A DNA stretch of 47,175 nt from a virus (Duplodnaviria > Caudoviricetes): the IMG/VR virus record IMGVR_UViG_3300038379_000329, positions 1 through 47,175 of that record; one strand, written 5' to 3'. Shown here in pieces: positions 1-9,038 of the stretch. A program made the position numbers and the translations under genes. Numbering within the stretch: position 1 is the first letter of the stretch; every line of letters begins with the position of its first letter. The notes beneath the pieces were generated by a model. The model was not told where the DNA came from, did no database searches, and saw nothing but the letters and a program-made list of their open reading frames with translations.

Positions 1-23
1 GGCGTGCGGGCGCGCTCCCCACG

Positions 24-533
24 GTGGGCGAGTACGTGCGCCTGAACGGCGCGCTCATCGGCCGCTACGAGGCGAGCGGCAACTGGCGCATCACGGTGGC
101 GCTGGCGAGCGCCGACACGTTCACGCTCGTCCCGGTCAGCCCCGACCGGCGCGTGCTCATCCCGGCCGAGGCGCCTGGGGAGCATTACCTCGTCACCGTG
201 ACCGCTGCCGAACTGGAGACGGCGCGCATCGGCTACGACGATGAGCTTACGCTCGCGTGGGGCCGAGTGGATTGCCCCCGGTGCGGCGCCGAGGCCGGCG
301 ATGAGTGCTCGACGCCGAGCGGGCGCACGCGGCGCACGCCGCACGCGGCGCGCGGGACGGTGCCCCCGCTCCAGCCCCCGCCGCCTCCGCTGCCCGTCTA
401 CGTGGGCGAGCCGCGTCAGCGGCCGAGCAAGGTGCGCGTCCTGGAGTCGAGGAACCGGAACGCGGACCTCCGCATCACGGCCGCAGACCTGGCCGAGCGG
501 CGGGCCGTGCGTGACATCGACAGCGGGACTTGA
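24..533 (+). CDS. Hypothetical protein with phage zinc-finger motif (probably 5'-truncated by the window edge)
   Basis: CPRCGAEAGDEC...PHAAR (C-x2-C-x7-C...H-x2-R) motif; the frame is open back to the window start. Confidence 0.6.
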   Translation: MGEYVRLNGALIGRYEASGNWRITVALASADTFTLVPVSPDRRVLIPAEAPGEHYLVTVTAAELETARIGYDDELTLAWGRVDCPRCGAEAGDECSTPSGRTRRTPHAARGTVPPLQPPPPPLPVYVGEPRQRPSKVRVLESRNRNADLRITAADLAERRAVRDIDSGT

Positions 534-558
534 CGGTCGGATCAGAGACGGCTATGCT
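530..558 (+). promoter_or_regulatory. Sigma70-type promoter, conserved phage cassette copy 1
   Basis: TTGACG (530-535), 17 bp, TATGCT (553-558); followed by hairpin GCCC-AAGAC-GGGC and GGAGGACAAC-GTG. Confidence 0.75.
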
Positions 559-589
559 GGGCATCGCCCAAGACGGGCAGGAGGACAAC

Positions 590-1474
590 GTGGCGACCAA
601 GAGCAAGCGCAAGGTGACGTTCGACGCGAAGCGGGCCGCGGTGCTGGAGTCGAAGGGGGTCCGCGTGGACACCATCGACCCCCGGCAGGTCGCAATCGGC
701 CTGGACGGGTACGAGGACGGCGGGGCGAACTGCACGCTCTGCGACCACGACATCAAGTGGCTCTACGTGCTCCACCTCGGGCTGACCGACGGGCGCGTGG
801 TGACGTTCACGCCGGTGGGCTCGTCCTGCATCGGCACCTGGGCCGAGTCGCTCCCCGTGAGCGAGGCTCAGGCCGCCATCGTGGCCGCGCTCAAGGTGGC
901 GGAGGAGGAGGCCGAGGCGATCAAGGCGCGCATCCGCGGGTTCAACGCGCAGGCGCAGCAGGGCCACATCACGGAGGGCGAGCGCGACGCGCTCGTGCGC
1001 TTCGTGTCGGCCCCGAAGCGCATCCGCGAGAACGAGTTCCTCGGTGACGTGGCCTCGAAGGTCGAGCGGTTCAAGGGCTGGGCCTCGGACCGCCAGCGCG
1101 ACGCCTGGCTCGGCGCGCTGGACCGCGAGTTCCGCAAGCTCGGGCGCCCGGGCCTCCCGGCCGCGTCGCGCTTCTCGCCCGAGGACGCGGACCTCATCGA
1201 CCGCGCGGCGAAGATCCTCGGGGATGAGGCGCTGCTCGCCCGGCTAAACGAGGTGGAGCAGGGCGCGCTCAAGGACATCCACGGCAAGGTGGTCCAGTTC
1301 GGCTCGTTCATCTCCCCGAAGCAGAAGGGCTTCTTCGCGTCGATCATCAAGCGCGCGGAGGGCTCGGGCCGCGCGAAGCCGGTGCAGGTCGAGGCCGAGC
1401 CGAACGGCCGGCCGACGAACCACACGGCCGCGCTCAAGGCGGCCGAGGACTACGACGGCGAGGTGCCCTTCTAG
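590..1474 (+). CDS. Hypothetical early protein (Zn-binding N-terminus, two helical repeats, acidic EVPF tail)
   Basis: GGAGGA SD then GTG 590; CTLCDH..VGSSCI motif; two F-x-x-D/S...S-x-K/R-Q repeats; C-terminal DYDGEVPF resembles SSB-type tails. Confidence 0.75.
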   Translation: MATKSKRKVTFDAKRAAVLESKGVRVDTIDPRQVAIGLDGYEDGGANCTLCDHDIKWLYVLHLGLTDGRVVTFTPVGSSCIGTWAESLPVSEAQAAIVAALKVAEEEAEAIKARIRGFNAQAQQGHITEGERDALVRFVSAPKRIRENEFLGDVASKVERFKGWASDRQRDAWLGALDREFRKLGRPGLPAASRFSPEDADLIDRAAKILGDEALLARLNEVEQGALKDIHGKVVQFGSFISPKQKGFFASIIKRAEGSGRAKPVQVEAEPNGRPTNHTAALKAAEDYDGEVPF

Positions 1475-1486
1475 GGCGCCCTACCT

Positions 1487-1518
1487 GGCGCGCGCCGGAG
1501 TGGAGACCGGCGCGCGCC
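1487..1518 (+). terminator. GC-rich intergenic hairpin (terminator or processing site)
   Basis: GGCGCGCGCCGG / CCGGCGCGCGCC 12-bp stem, 8-nt loop; no U-tract. Confidence 0.4.
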
Positions 1519-1549
1519 TCAACCCCGCGAGAGCAACAAGGAGCCGACG

Positions 1550-2176
1550 ATGACTGACACGAAGGCGTTCACGAAGGAAGCCAAGCCCCGCCGGCCGGTC
1601 ACCGACGAGCACTACGTCATCCAGGGGGCCGTGGCCGTCCTGGAGGAGCAGCAGGCGCCGATGACGAGCGTGGCCATCTTCCGCCGTGGGGTCGAGCGCG
1701 GGCTGTTCAAGGAGCACGAGTACAACACGGTCCGCGCGCGCCTCTCGCAGCACTGCGACCTCCCCGACGCGCGCATCGTGCGCGCCGCCGGGACGAAGGT
1801 GGGCGTGCGCGGGTCGCGGACCACGGCGTGGGTCCTGGCCGAGCAGGGCGGCATCCAGGTGCTCTCGACGCGCGAGGGGCCGGTGGTCGTGCCGGTGCGC
1901 ATCGCGCGCCCCGCGCGGCGCGCCATCCCGGCGCTGCGCATCCTGCTCACCGACAAGGTGCTCGTCGGCGCTCCGGCGTCGGTGCGCGCGGTCAGGGGTA
2001 GGACGGCGCGCGAGGCGCTGCTCTCGAACATCAACCCGGCCGCCGTGCGGTGGCTGGTCAAGCGGCTCCGCCTGGAGCGGCGCCTCGGTGAGCGCCTCGT
2101 GGCGCTCGCGCGGGACGTGGACGGGCGGAGCGCGCTCATCGAGGTGGCCGAGCGCCGCCGTGCGAGGACCGCGTGA
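1550..2176 (+). CDS. HARE-HTH (HB1/ASXL-like) winged-helix protein
   Basis: AVAVLEEQQAPMTSVAIFRRGVERGLF...NTVRARLSQH matches the HARE-HTH pattern; AAGGAG SD. Confidence 0.6.
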   Translation: MTDTKAFTKEAKPRRPVTDEHYVIQGAVAVLEEQQAPMTSVAIFRRGVERGLFKEHEYNTVRARLSQHCDLPDARIVRAAGTKVGVRGSRTTAWVLAEQGGIQVLSTREGPVVVPVRIARPARRAIPALRILLTDKVLVGAPASVRAVRGRTAREALLSNINPAAVRWLVKRLRLERRLGERLVALARDVDGRSALIEVAERRRARTA

Positions 2177-2352
2177 GCGAGTGCGAGGAGTGCGGCTGCG
2201 AGAAGCGCGTGACCACCGACCGTCACGGCGCGACGCTCTGCGCGTGGTGCCGCTGCGACCTGCGGGGCCGGCCCTACGGGACCTGCCCGTACTGCCGAGG
2301 CGCGAAGGCGCACGACGGTACGTGCGCGTGCAAGCCGGGGAGGAAGTCGTGA
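2173..2352 (+). CDS. 59-aa Cys-rich microprotein (absent from ORF track)
   Basis: Manual translation MSECEECGCEKRVTTDRHGATLCAWCRCDLRGRPYGTCPYCRGAKAHDGTCACKPGRKS; GTGA overlaps at both ends. Confidence 0.65.
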   Translation: MSECEECGCEKRVTTDRHGATLCAWCRCDLRGRPYGTCPYCRGAKAHDGTCACKPGRKS

Positions 2353-2537
2353 GCGAGTCGTGGTACAGGAACGCGGGCCGTCGGACGAAGTACCACCTCG
2401 CGGCGCCGGGGTGGGTCAGGAGCGGGCGCGCCGTCTGCGGCGCGAACATCGCGCGCCCGGGCTACGTGGCCGACAAGCGCGAGCAGATCCCGGCGTGCGT
2501 CGGGGCCTGCAAGCGGTGCGAGCGGGGGGTGTCGTGA
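2349..2537 (+). CDS. Small Zn-binding hypothetical protein
   Basis: GTG coupled to the upstream stop; KYH...AVCG...CKRC motif. Confidence 0.65.
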   Translation: MSESWYRNAGRRTKYHLAAPGWVRSGRAVCGANIARPGYVADKREQIPACVGACKRCERGVS

Positions 2538-3142
2538 CCGAGCCGGCGCGGAAGAAGTTCACCATCACGAAGCAGGCCGTCGAGGCGGTGCAGGCCGCAC
2601 CCCCGCGGCGGTTCGTGGCGAGCTTCGACGCCACGCACCTCGACACCTCGGGCGTGGCTGCCGCGCTTCGCGCGCTGGCGGACCAGGTGGAAGCGCCGGC
2701 GAAGCTCGCCGCGCGCGCCGAGGAGCTTCGCCTGCGCGTCGCGGCGCTGGACCCCGACCTCGCGACCACCACGCGCATCACGCCGAAGGAGCACGATGGC
2801 GCCTACCCCATCGTGGCGAACGGCCAGCAGGTGGGGAGCGCGAGCTTCGCGACCCTGCGCGCGCTGCCCGGACGCCAGGGCTCCCTGTTCGACCTCGCGG
2901 ATGAGGACGAGGAGCAGGACGAGGAGCCGACCGATGAGGAGTGGGCCGCGCTCGACGCCGAGGAGCGCGACGAGCCGCCGACCTTCTCGGAGGACGATGA
3001 CATCGAGTTCTACCAGCACGACACCTGGAAGCCGGGCATCGTGCTCGACCAGGCAAGTCAGTTCACCTATCTCATCGAGGACAAGCACGGCCGCCGGTGG
3101 GAGGTGAACGTCCAGTGCCTCCGCAAGCCGGACGAGGAGTAA
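2534..3142 (+). CDS. Hypothetical protein with acidic linker and C-terminal SH3/Tudor-like domain
   Basis: C-terminal FSEDDDIEFYQHDTWKPGIV...YLIED...EVNVQCLRKP fits a Tudor/Agenet barrel pattern. Confidence 0.55.
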   Translation: MTEPARKKFTITKQAVEAVQAAPPRRFVASFDATHLDTSGVAAALRALADQVEAPAKLAARAEELRLRVAALDPDLATTTRITPKEHDGAYPIVANGQQVGSASFATLRALPGRQGSLFDLADEDEEQDEEPTDEEWAALDAEERDEPPTFSEDDDIEFYQHDTWKPGIVLDQASQFTYLIEDKHGRRWEVNVQCLRKPDEE

Positions 3143-3145
3143 GCG

Positions 3146-3538
3146 ATGAAGGTTACGACCGTGACGCTCTACGACGAGAGGGGCGAGCCGCTCCCGCCGG
3201 TCACGTTCCCGAGCGCGCGCGAGGCGCGCGAGGCTGAGGCGGCGTGCCGGGAGAAGATCCTGGCCGCGCTCGGCTGGACGCAGCACAGCGCGAAGCTGGC
3301 CGAGTTGGCCTGGTTCCTGCACGAGAAGGTGGCGCGCGAGTTCTACGACACGCACGGCTACCCGTACGAGACGCCGAGCCTGGCGTGGCTGGAGGAGCGG
3401 CTCTCCGTCATGAGCCGCCAGATGATGCAGTTGTCCAGCCTGAACGCGCCCCCGGTGATCCTGGAGAATCAGCGTCGGCTCATCGCACAGCGCGAGGGCT
3501 GGATCAAGGCGTGGAAGAAGGAGCACGGCGATGAGTAA
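3146..3538 (+). CDS. Hypothetical protein
   Basis: GAGGAG SD, ATG, typical codon usage, coupled to the next gene. Confidence 0.7.
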   Translation: MKVTTVTLYDERGEPLPPVTFPSAREAREAEAACREKILAALGWTQHSAKLAELAWFLHEKVAREFYDTHGYPYETPSLAWLEERLSVMSRQMMQLSSLNAPPVILENQRRLIAQREGWIKAWKKEHGDE

Positions 3539-3965
3539 CGAGGAGCGCATCGAGAACCCGTTCGGGCAGGCGGTCTGCGACTTCTGCCTCAGCCCCGGCC
3601 CGCGATGGTCGTACGACCCGAAGGACCCCTCGCTCGGGGCGGAGCCGATCCTCGACGGGAGGGCCATCTACTTCCCGGGCACGAGCGCGTGGGCCGCCTG
3701 CACGCGGTGCGCGACCATCTTCGACCGCGGCGACCTCGCCACGCTCGCGCGCGTCTGCGCCGAGACGGCCGCGCGGCGGCTCGTGGCCGTCGGCATCCCT
3801 CCGGCCCCGGACCTGGAGGCGGACATCAAGCGCCTGGAGAAGATCCACGCCGAGTTGAAGGCCGGGCTCGGCCCCCGCCGGCGCGCGTCCGCCGTCGAGC
3901 AGGCCGTCCCGGCTCCGGGCGCCACGCTCCGGCCGCAGCAGCGCCACCGGCCGGAGGCGAACTGA
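3531..3965 (+). CDS. Hypothetical Zn-finger protein
   Basis: CDFC...WAACTRC motifs; AAGGAG SD. Confidence 0.7.
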   Translation: MSNEERIENPFGQAVCDFCLSPGPRWSYDPKDPSLGAEPILDGRAIYFPGTSAWAACTRCATIFDRGDLATLARVCAETAARRLVAVGIPPAPDLEADIKRLEKIHAELKAGLGPRRRASAVEQAVPAPGATLRPQQRHRPEAN

Positions 3966-4762
3966 TGACCTCCCTGCCGATGACCAAGTGCCAGATGGAT
4001 GGCTGCGAGGAGCGCGTCGAGCCGGGCCGCGCGCTCTGCGCGACGCACAGCGTGGCCGGGGCGCTCGACGCGGCCTTCGGGCGCGCGCGGAGCGGCAGCA
4101 CCACGGCGCCGGTGTGGGTCATGGTCTGCGAGCCGCGCCGCTCCGAGGGCGGGCGCGCCGACTCGTTCCTCGTGGCGTGGAAGGGCGAGGCGTTCGACGG
4201 TGAGGTGAACGCCATCGGCTCGATGAACGCCGGCGACTACGGCCTCGATGACGTGCCCGGCCCGGGCCTGTGGGTCCTGGAGGGCACGGTCAAGCTCTCC
4301 GCCTACCGCTGCAACAACCCGCTGGACCCCGAGGAGTGGGACACGTCCATCGAGTTCGACGGCGAGTTCCGCCGGCCGACGCAGGGTGAGTTGACGGCGG
4401 CGGCGCGCGGCTATGCGCCTGGCGGCGTCAAGCCGGCGAAGGCGTTCCCCCCGGAGAAGCATCAGTGCCCCGACTGCCTCGCGCTCCACTGGCGCCCCGA
4501 GGAGCGCGAGGCGGTGCGCGAGCGGTGGGAGCGGTGCGCCGCCTGCAAGGAGCCGGTGACCGACGACTACATGCTGCGGGATGAGGTGTGGCTCGCCGCG
4601 GGCGGGAAGCTCGGGCCGGGCGGCGGGGTGCTCCACCTGCGATGCGTCGAGAAGCGCCTCGGGCGCAAGCTCGCGCTGGAGGACTTCGCGGACGTGGGGA
4701 TCAACAACGCCATCCGCTGGGCGTGGGACAGGGCTCAAGTTCTCGGTCGGTCCGACCGATAG
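3965..4762 (+). CDS. Multi-Zn-finger hypothetical phage protein
   Basis: TGATG coupling; C-terminal CAAC..YMLRDEVW..CVEKRLGR.L..EDF motif typical of phage small Zn domains. Confidence 0.7.
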   Translation: MTSLPMTKCQMDGCEERVEPGRALCATHSVAGALDAAFGRARSGSTTAPVWVMVCEPRRSEGGRADSFLVAWKGEAFDGEVNAIGSMNAGDYGLDDVPGPGLWVLEGTVKLSAYRCNNPLDPEEWDTSIEFDGEFRRPTQGELTAAARGYAPGGVKPAKAFPPEKHQCPDCLALHWRPEEREAVRERWERCAACKEPVTDDYMLRDEVWLAAGGKLGPGGGVLHLRCVEKRLGRKLALEDFADVGINNAIRWAWDRAQVLGRSDR

Positions 4763-4779
4763 GGGGGCAGGAGGCCGTC

Positions 4780-5091
4780 ATGGAGTTGTCGTACAGGGAG
4801 CGGCATCGCGAGCGCGAGGCCCCGGGCGTCTACTGCAAGCTGCACGTCGGGCACGCGGTCATGTACTGCGACGGGTGCAAGGTGATGTGGTCGCCGTGCT
4901 GCGGCGAGCAGTCGCCCCACCCGGTGGACATGAACCTCGTGAAGCACCTGCGCGCGCAGATCGCGCAGAACCCCGAGGGCTACGCGAACGCGGCCAAGCT
5001 GCGGGCCGTCGCCGGTCGGCTTGCTGCCGACTTGACGGGCGGACCAAAGCACGGTAGAACCTCGCCATGCCCCGAGGGCGCAGGAAGCTGA
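4780..5091 (+). CDS. Hypothetical Cys/His-rich protein
   Basis: GGAGG SD, ATG 4780; its 3' end overlaps the HNH gene and that gene's promoter. Confidence 0.6.
   Translation: MELSYRERHREREAPGVYCKLHVGHAVMYCDGCKVMWSPCCGEQSPHPVDMNLVKHLRAQIAQNPEGYANAAKLRAVAGRLAADLTGGPKHGRTSPCPEGAGS
5032..5060 (+). promoter_or_regulatory. Putative promoter for a leaderless HNH transcript
   Basis: TTGACG, 17 bp, TAGAAC; ATG 6 nt downstream; no SD. Confidence 0.5.
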
Positions 5092-5432
5092 CCCCGAAGC
5101 AAGAGGCACATCTAGCGCGTATACGCCAGAAGCCGGAGGACTTTTGGCGGAACACGGTGAAGTTGCCGAACGGGTGCTGGGTATGGACTCTTAGCCGAGC
5201 CGGAAAGTGGGGGCGTTACGGGCAAGTGAAGCGCGGCGGGACCGTGTGGGGCGCGCATCGCTACGCCTACTTCTTGGTGCACGGAAAGATCCCACCCGGA
5301 AAGATGGTCCTGCATCGCTGCGATAACCCGCCGTGCGTGAACCCGGAGCATCTATTCCTCGGGACGCACGACGACAACATGGCGGACGCAGTTCGGAAGG
5401 GGCGGATGAAGCGGAAGGCTGGGGAGCCATGA
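5067..5432 (+). CDS. HNH homing endonuclease (HNH_3 type)
   Basis: [43 protein letters not shown]; visibly lower GC than neighbours. Confidence 0.9.
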   Translation: MPRGRRKLTPKQEAHLARIRQKPEDFWRNTVKLPNGCWVWTLSRAGKWGRYGQVKRGGTVWGAHRYAYFLVHGKIPPGKMVLHRCDNPPCVNPEHLFLGTHDDNMADAVRKGRMKRKAGEP

Positions 5433-5713
5433 GCGACGCGCCGGAGTTGGAGTTCAAGAGCTACAGCCCGCCGGGTGGTGCGCGGATGCGCCGCCTCTCG
5501 TTCTCGTGGACTGCCGAGGACGTGCAGAACTTCATCGAGTTGCACGGAGTCGGTGCTGAGGTGGGGATCGCTGAGGCGGTGGCGGAGGAGATTCGCCGCG
5601 AGATTGCCGTCCTCGCGGAGCGCGCGCGCAAGCGGTGGGAGCGGCTGCGGCGCTACCAGAAAAAGTGCAAGAAGGGGCAGCGCCGCAACCGCAAGGAGCG
5701 GGCGGCGCGATGA
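5429..5713 (+). CDS. Hypothetical protein
   Basis: ATGA overlap with the HNH stop; GGGGAG SD. Confidence 0.6.
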   Translation: MSDAPELEFKSYSPPGGARMRRLSFSWTAEDVQNFIELHGVGAEVGIAEAVAEEIRREIAVLAERARKRWERLRRYQKKCKKGQRRNRKERAAR

Positions 5714-7089
5714 GCCAGGCCGGCGACTGCAAGGCGTGCGGGAACACGCGGAAGAACAGCAAGGGCGGCGAGTGCTGGCCGTGCGTGAACAGGGGGTTGA
5801 CCGTGACCGGAACGACGACGATGACCAAGGGCCCGACGCTGCTCGCGCAGATCGGCAACGTCGAGGACGGGGCGCCGTGGATCGCGGACGAGAGCATCGA
5901 CCTCGCCGTGATGAGCCCGCCCTATTTCGAGGCCGACGGCGCGACCGTCCAGATGTTCACGGCGCTGGGCGCGCTCCTCGCGCGCACGCTCAAGCTCGGC
6001 GCGCGGGCCTTCGTGAACATCGGCCAGGTCAGCGAGGACTACGACCGCATCTTCGACGCGCGGGCGTTGATCTTCCGTGGCGCGAGCAGGCGCCTCTCGA
6101 CGTGGCAGACCATCGCGTGGGTCAAGAGCTTCGCGGCCCCGGGTGAGGCGACGCAGGGCCACTACACGCCGATCAGCAACAGCGAGCACATCCTGTACAG
6201 CGGGCACGAACTCGTGTTCCAGTTCGTGAAGGGCATCCCGAAGAAGGCGCCCCCGCTGGCGAAGCTCGCGGTGGGCGTGCCCTACGCCGACAAGAGCAAC
6301 CTCGACCGCGGCACGCGCGGGAAGAACGGCGACCTCCACGACCCGGGCGACACCTGGTTCATCCCGTACGACACCACGGGCTCGAAGGACAAGAAGGCGC
6401 ACCGGCACAGCTACCCGGCGGAGCTTGTGCGCCGCCTCATCGTGCTCGCGAACCTCCCCGCCGGCTCGACGGTGCTCGACCCGTTCATCGGCGGGGGCAC
6501 CACGGCCGAGGTGGCGCGCTCGCTCGGGCACAGCGTCGTGGCGATGGACCGCGACCGCGCTTGCATCGACTCGCTCCTCCTGGCCTGGGGCCTGCCGCCG
6601 CACGAGCACACCGACGAGCCGCTCGTCACGAGCACCATCGAGCGCGTCCCGGCCGAGAGCGCCGGCGACTTCACGCCGCCGCGCCGCCGGAAGATGAGCA
6701 AGACGCTCGCGGCGTTGATGGACAACACGTTCCCGGACCCCGTGAGCGACGGCGGGACGCCGATGCACCCCGACGACACGCTGACCGGCGAGGAGCCCGA
6801 CGGCCCGGGCGACGACCCGACCAACCCGCCCCCGATCCCCGGGAGGATGTGCGGAACGCCCGGGTGCTCGAACCCGCAGATGCACCGGACCAACAGCGGC
6901 GACCTGTGCATCAACGGGCACGGCGAGTTCACGGGCAAGCCGGCGAAGCCGAAGCGCAAGAAGCGCGAGCCCGAGCCGCAGCCGGACGAGACGGACGCGG
7001 CGAACGGCGACGGCTACCCCGAGCCCGAGCCGCCGCGCCGCCCGCTCAAGAAGAAGGTGCTGCTCAAGAAAGTGAAGGCGAAGAAGTGA
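5710..7089 (+). CDS. DNA amino-methyltransferase, beta class (probably N4-cytosine), with long disordered C-terminal extension
   Basis: Motif IV SPPY precedes motif I DPFIGGGTT; H..SYP.ELVRRLI. Confidence 0.88.
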   Translation: MSQAGDCKACGNTRKNSKGGECWPCVNRGLTVTGTTTMTKGPTLLAQIGNVEDGAPWIADESIDLAVMSPPYFEADGATVQMFTALGALLARTLKLGARAFVNIGQVSEDYDRIFDARALIFRGASRRLSTWQTIAWVKSFAAPGEATQGHYTPISNSEHILYSGHELVFQFVKGIPKKAPPLAKLAVGVPYADKSNLDRGTRGKNGDLHDPGDTWFIPYDTTGSKDKKAHRHSYPAELVRRLIVLANLPAGSTVLDPFIGGGTTAEVARSLGHSVVAMDRDRACIDSLLLAWGLPPHEHTDEPLVTSTIERVPAESAGDFTPPRRRKMSKTLAALMDNTFPDPVSDGGTPMHPDDTLTGEEPDGPGDDPTNPPPIPGRMCGTPGCSNPQMHRTNSGDLCINGHGEFTGKPAKPKRKKREPEPQPDETDAANGDGYPEPEPPRRPLKKKVLLKKVKAKK

Positions 7090-7328
7090 AGAAGCCGAAC
7101 GCGCGCGCTTGCTACGGCAATCCACCGCAGAGCCCCGAGGAGATTCGTGGGTTTCTGTGCAACCCCATCTACGCTGGCATCCCGCCGTACCCCGCGGTCG
7201 TGCGGGATGAGCAGTGGGTCAAGGCTGCGCTCAAGCTCATCAAGGAGGAGGGCGCCGAGCAGTTCCTTGTGAACTTGCTTCATCTCCTCCGCGGCAGCAT
7301 GGAAGAAGCCCGGAGTCTGGGCGCGTGA
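7086..7328 (+). CDS. Small protein resembling the serine-recombinase 'Recombinase' DNA-binding motif
   Basis: LCNPIYAG..PAVVRDEQW resembles L.NP.Y.G...PII..E.W; no catalytic domain. Confidence 0.5.
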   Translation: MKKPNARACYGNPPQSPEEIRGFLCNPIYAGIPPYPAVVRDEQWVKAALKLIKEEGAEQFLVNLLHLLRGSMEEARSLGA

Positions 7329-7335
7329 TTCACCA

Positions 7336-7554
7336 GGAGCCGGCCCACCCGTGCCACGGCTACGTCCGCGAAACTACGCCGGCCGGCGGAGTACACAAGC
7401 AGGCGATGCCCCCGCGGTACGTGCCGCGTGGGCGTGACCCGCGCTCAACGGGTGGGCTGGCTCCGCTTCCGCATCATGGGACCCTTGGCGTGCGCGGGGC
7501 GGGTTTTCCTCCGACCTAACCTCACGACCCCAACCCTTCGGCGCCAAGGGCCCC
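7336..7554. ncRNA. Candidate structured non-coding RNA (two rod-like domains)
   Basis: 17-bp stem 7336-7352/7448-7464 enclosing nested stems; second stem 7482-7490/7542-7550; fills the whole intergenic gap. Confidence 0.45.
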
Positions 7555-7577
7555 ACCGTTCACCAAGAGAGACGACG

Positions 7578-8006
7578 ATGAGCTACGACCACGACGACGA
7601 GAACGACAACCGCCCCCGCACGCTGCTCGACATCCTCAACCGCATCTTCACCGGCGACAGCCAGCAGCGCGTCTACGCGCAGCGCCAGCCGCAGCCCGAC
7701 CCCGAGGCGCGCGAGCGGGCGCGCTACCAGGAGGGGCTCATCACGGAGCTTCTCACCACGTTCGCGGGCAAGGGCCTGCTCACGAACGCCGAGGCGCGCG
7801 ACGTGATCGCTCGGGCGAAGGAGCGGGTGGCGAAGGCGAAGGCCGAGACGCCCATGTCCTCCTCGCCCACGGGGTGCCTGTGCCCCATGCACGACATGCG
7901 CCCGCACAAGGTGCTCGACTGCGCGCCGTGCCACGCGCCCATGCCGCATCTCATCGAGGGCACCGTGGCCCGCTGCCGCCGCTGCCTCACGGCGCGGTCG
8001 GTGTAG
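7578..8006 (+). CDS. Hypothetical protein with C-terminal Zn ribbon
   Basis: ATG 7578; CLCPMH..CAPC..CRRC. Confidence 0.65.
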   Translation: MSYDHDDENDNRPRTLLDILNRIFTGDSQQRVYAQRQPQPDPEARERARYQEGLITELLTTFAGKGLLTNAEARDVIARAKERVAKAKAETPMSSSPTGCLCPMHDMRPHKVLDCAPCHAPMPHLIEGTVARCRRCLTARSV

Positions 8007-8008
8007 CG

Positions 8009-9037
8009 ATGGCTCAGGACGACCTCGTGCCGGACGGCGCGCTCGCGAAGCGCGCCGAGGTGCTCGCGCAGGCGGCGCAGAGCCTCTACGACATTGTGCT
8101 TACCAGGAGCCACCTCCGCGAGACGGCGGCGCTCCTCGGCAGCGCGCGGTCGGACCTCCTCGCGGCGAAGGGTGGCATCGAGGAGAAGTCCCACGACGAC
8201 CCCGACCAGGTGAAGTACCGCTCGCGCATCCGCAAGGAGGGCTTCCCCACGTACTCGGGCGTCTGGTTCTACCCCTTCGACCCGAAGCCGGAGGAGGTGC
8301 GCCACGACGACATCGTGATGGGGCTGCTCCACGAGTGCCGCTACAACGGGCAGGTGCCGCGCTTCCTCTCGGTGGCCGAGCACAGCGTGAAGGTGGCCGC
8401 GATGGCGGAGCACCTCATCATGCTCGACGTGCGCGCCGGCCGCGTGGCGGAGGAGTACGCTTTCCACGCCGCGCTCTACGGGCTCCTGCACGACGCCCAC
8501 GAGGCGTACCTGGGAGACATCATCTCCCCGCTCAAGAAGTGCATCATGCACGCCTCGGGCGAGGCGTGGGAGGTGATCGAGGGCCGGGTCCAGGCGGCGA
8601 TCCTCGACGCGTACGGGCTCCCGCCGCCCACGCCGGAGGTGGAAGCGGTGGTGGACCTGGCCGACCGCTTCGCGCTCTACTGCGAGGCCATCGTGCTCAA
8701 GAGCAACTCGCAGCCGGAGGAGTGGCCCGGCATGAAGGTGCCCCCGGCGGAGGTGCAGGCCGTGGGCTTCGTGCGCCGCGAGTGGCCCGAGTGGGCGAAG
8801 GTGCGGGCGCTCTACGACGGCGAGGTGCGGCGCCTCGTGGCGACTCTCGGCGGCGTCATCCCGGGCGACCGCACGAGCCACGAGCAGAAGCTCCGCGAGC
8901 ACGTCCAGGCGAAGATCGAGGCCCCGCTGCATCAAGCTGCGCGGCAGTCCGGCTCGTGGCGCAACAAGGTGCAGTCGGCCTCGGTGGACATCCCGCCGGA
9001 GTTGATGAACGAGCCCGAGTTTCGGAAGGAGCAGTAG
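8009..9037 (+). CDS. HD-superfamily phosphohydrolase (YfdR/YfbR-like 5'-deoxynucleotidase)
   Basis: [39 protein letters not shown]. Confidence 0.88.
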   Translation: MAQDDLVPDGALAKRAEVLAQAAQSLYDIVLTRSHLRETAALLGSARSDLLAAKGGIEEKSHDDPDQVKYRSRIRKEGFPTYSGVWFYPFDPKPEEVRHDDIVMGLLHECRYNGQVPRFLSVAEHSVKVAAMAEHLIMLDVRAGRVAEEYAFHAALYGLLHDAHEAYLGDIISPLKKCIMHASGEAWEVIEGRVQAAILDAYGLPPPTPEVEAVVDLADRFALYCEAIVLKSNSQPEEWPGMKVPPAEVQAVGFVRREWPEWAKVRALYDGEVRRLVATLGGVIPGDRTSHEQKLREHVQAKIEAPLHQAARQSGSWRNKVQSASVDIPPELMNEPEFRKEQ

Positions 9038-9038
9038 C

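Noticed and set aside
7336-7464. Retron msr-msd or hammerhead ribozyme
   Set aside because: No reverse transcriptase in the window, and no CUGAnGA core to accompany the GAAAC
8009-9037. DatZ and a 2-aminoadenine (Z) genome pathway
   Set aside because: Motifs fit the common YfdR-like phage family, and no PurZ or MazZ is present in the window
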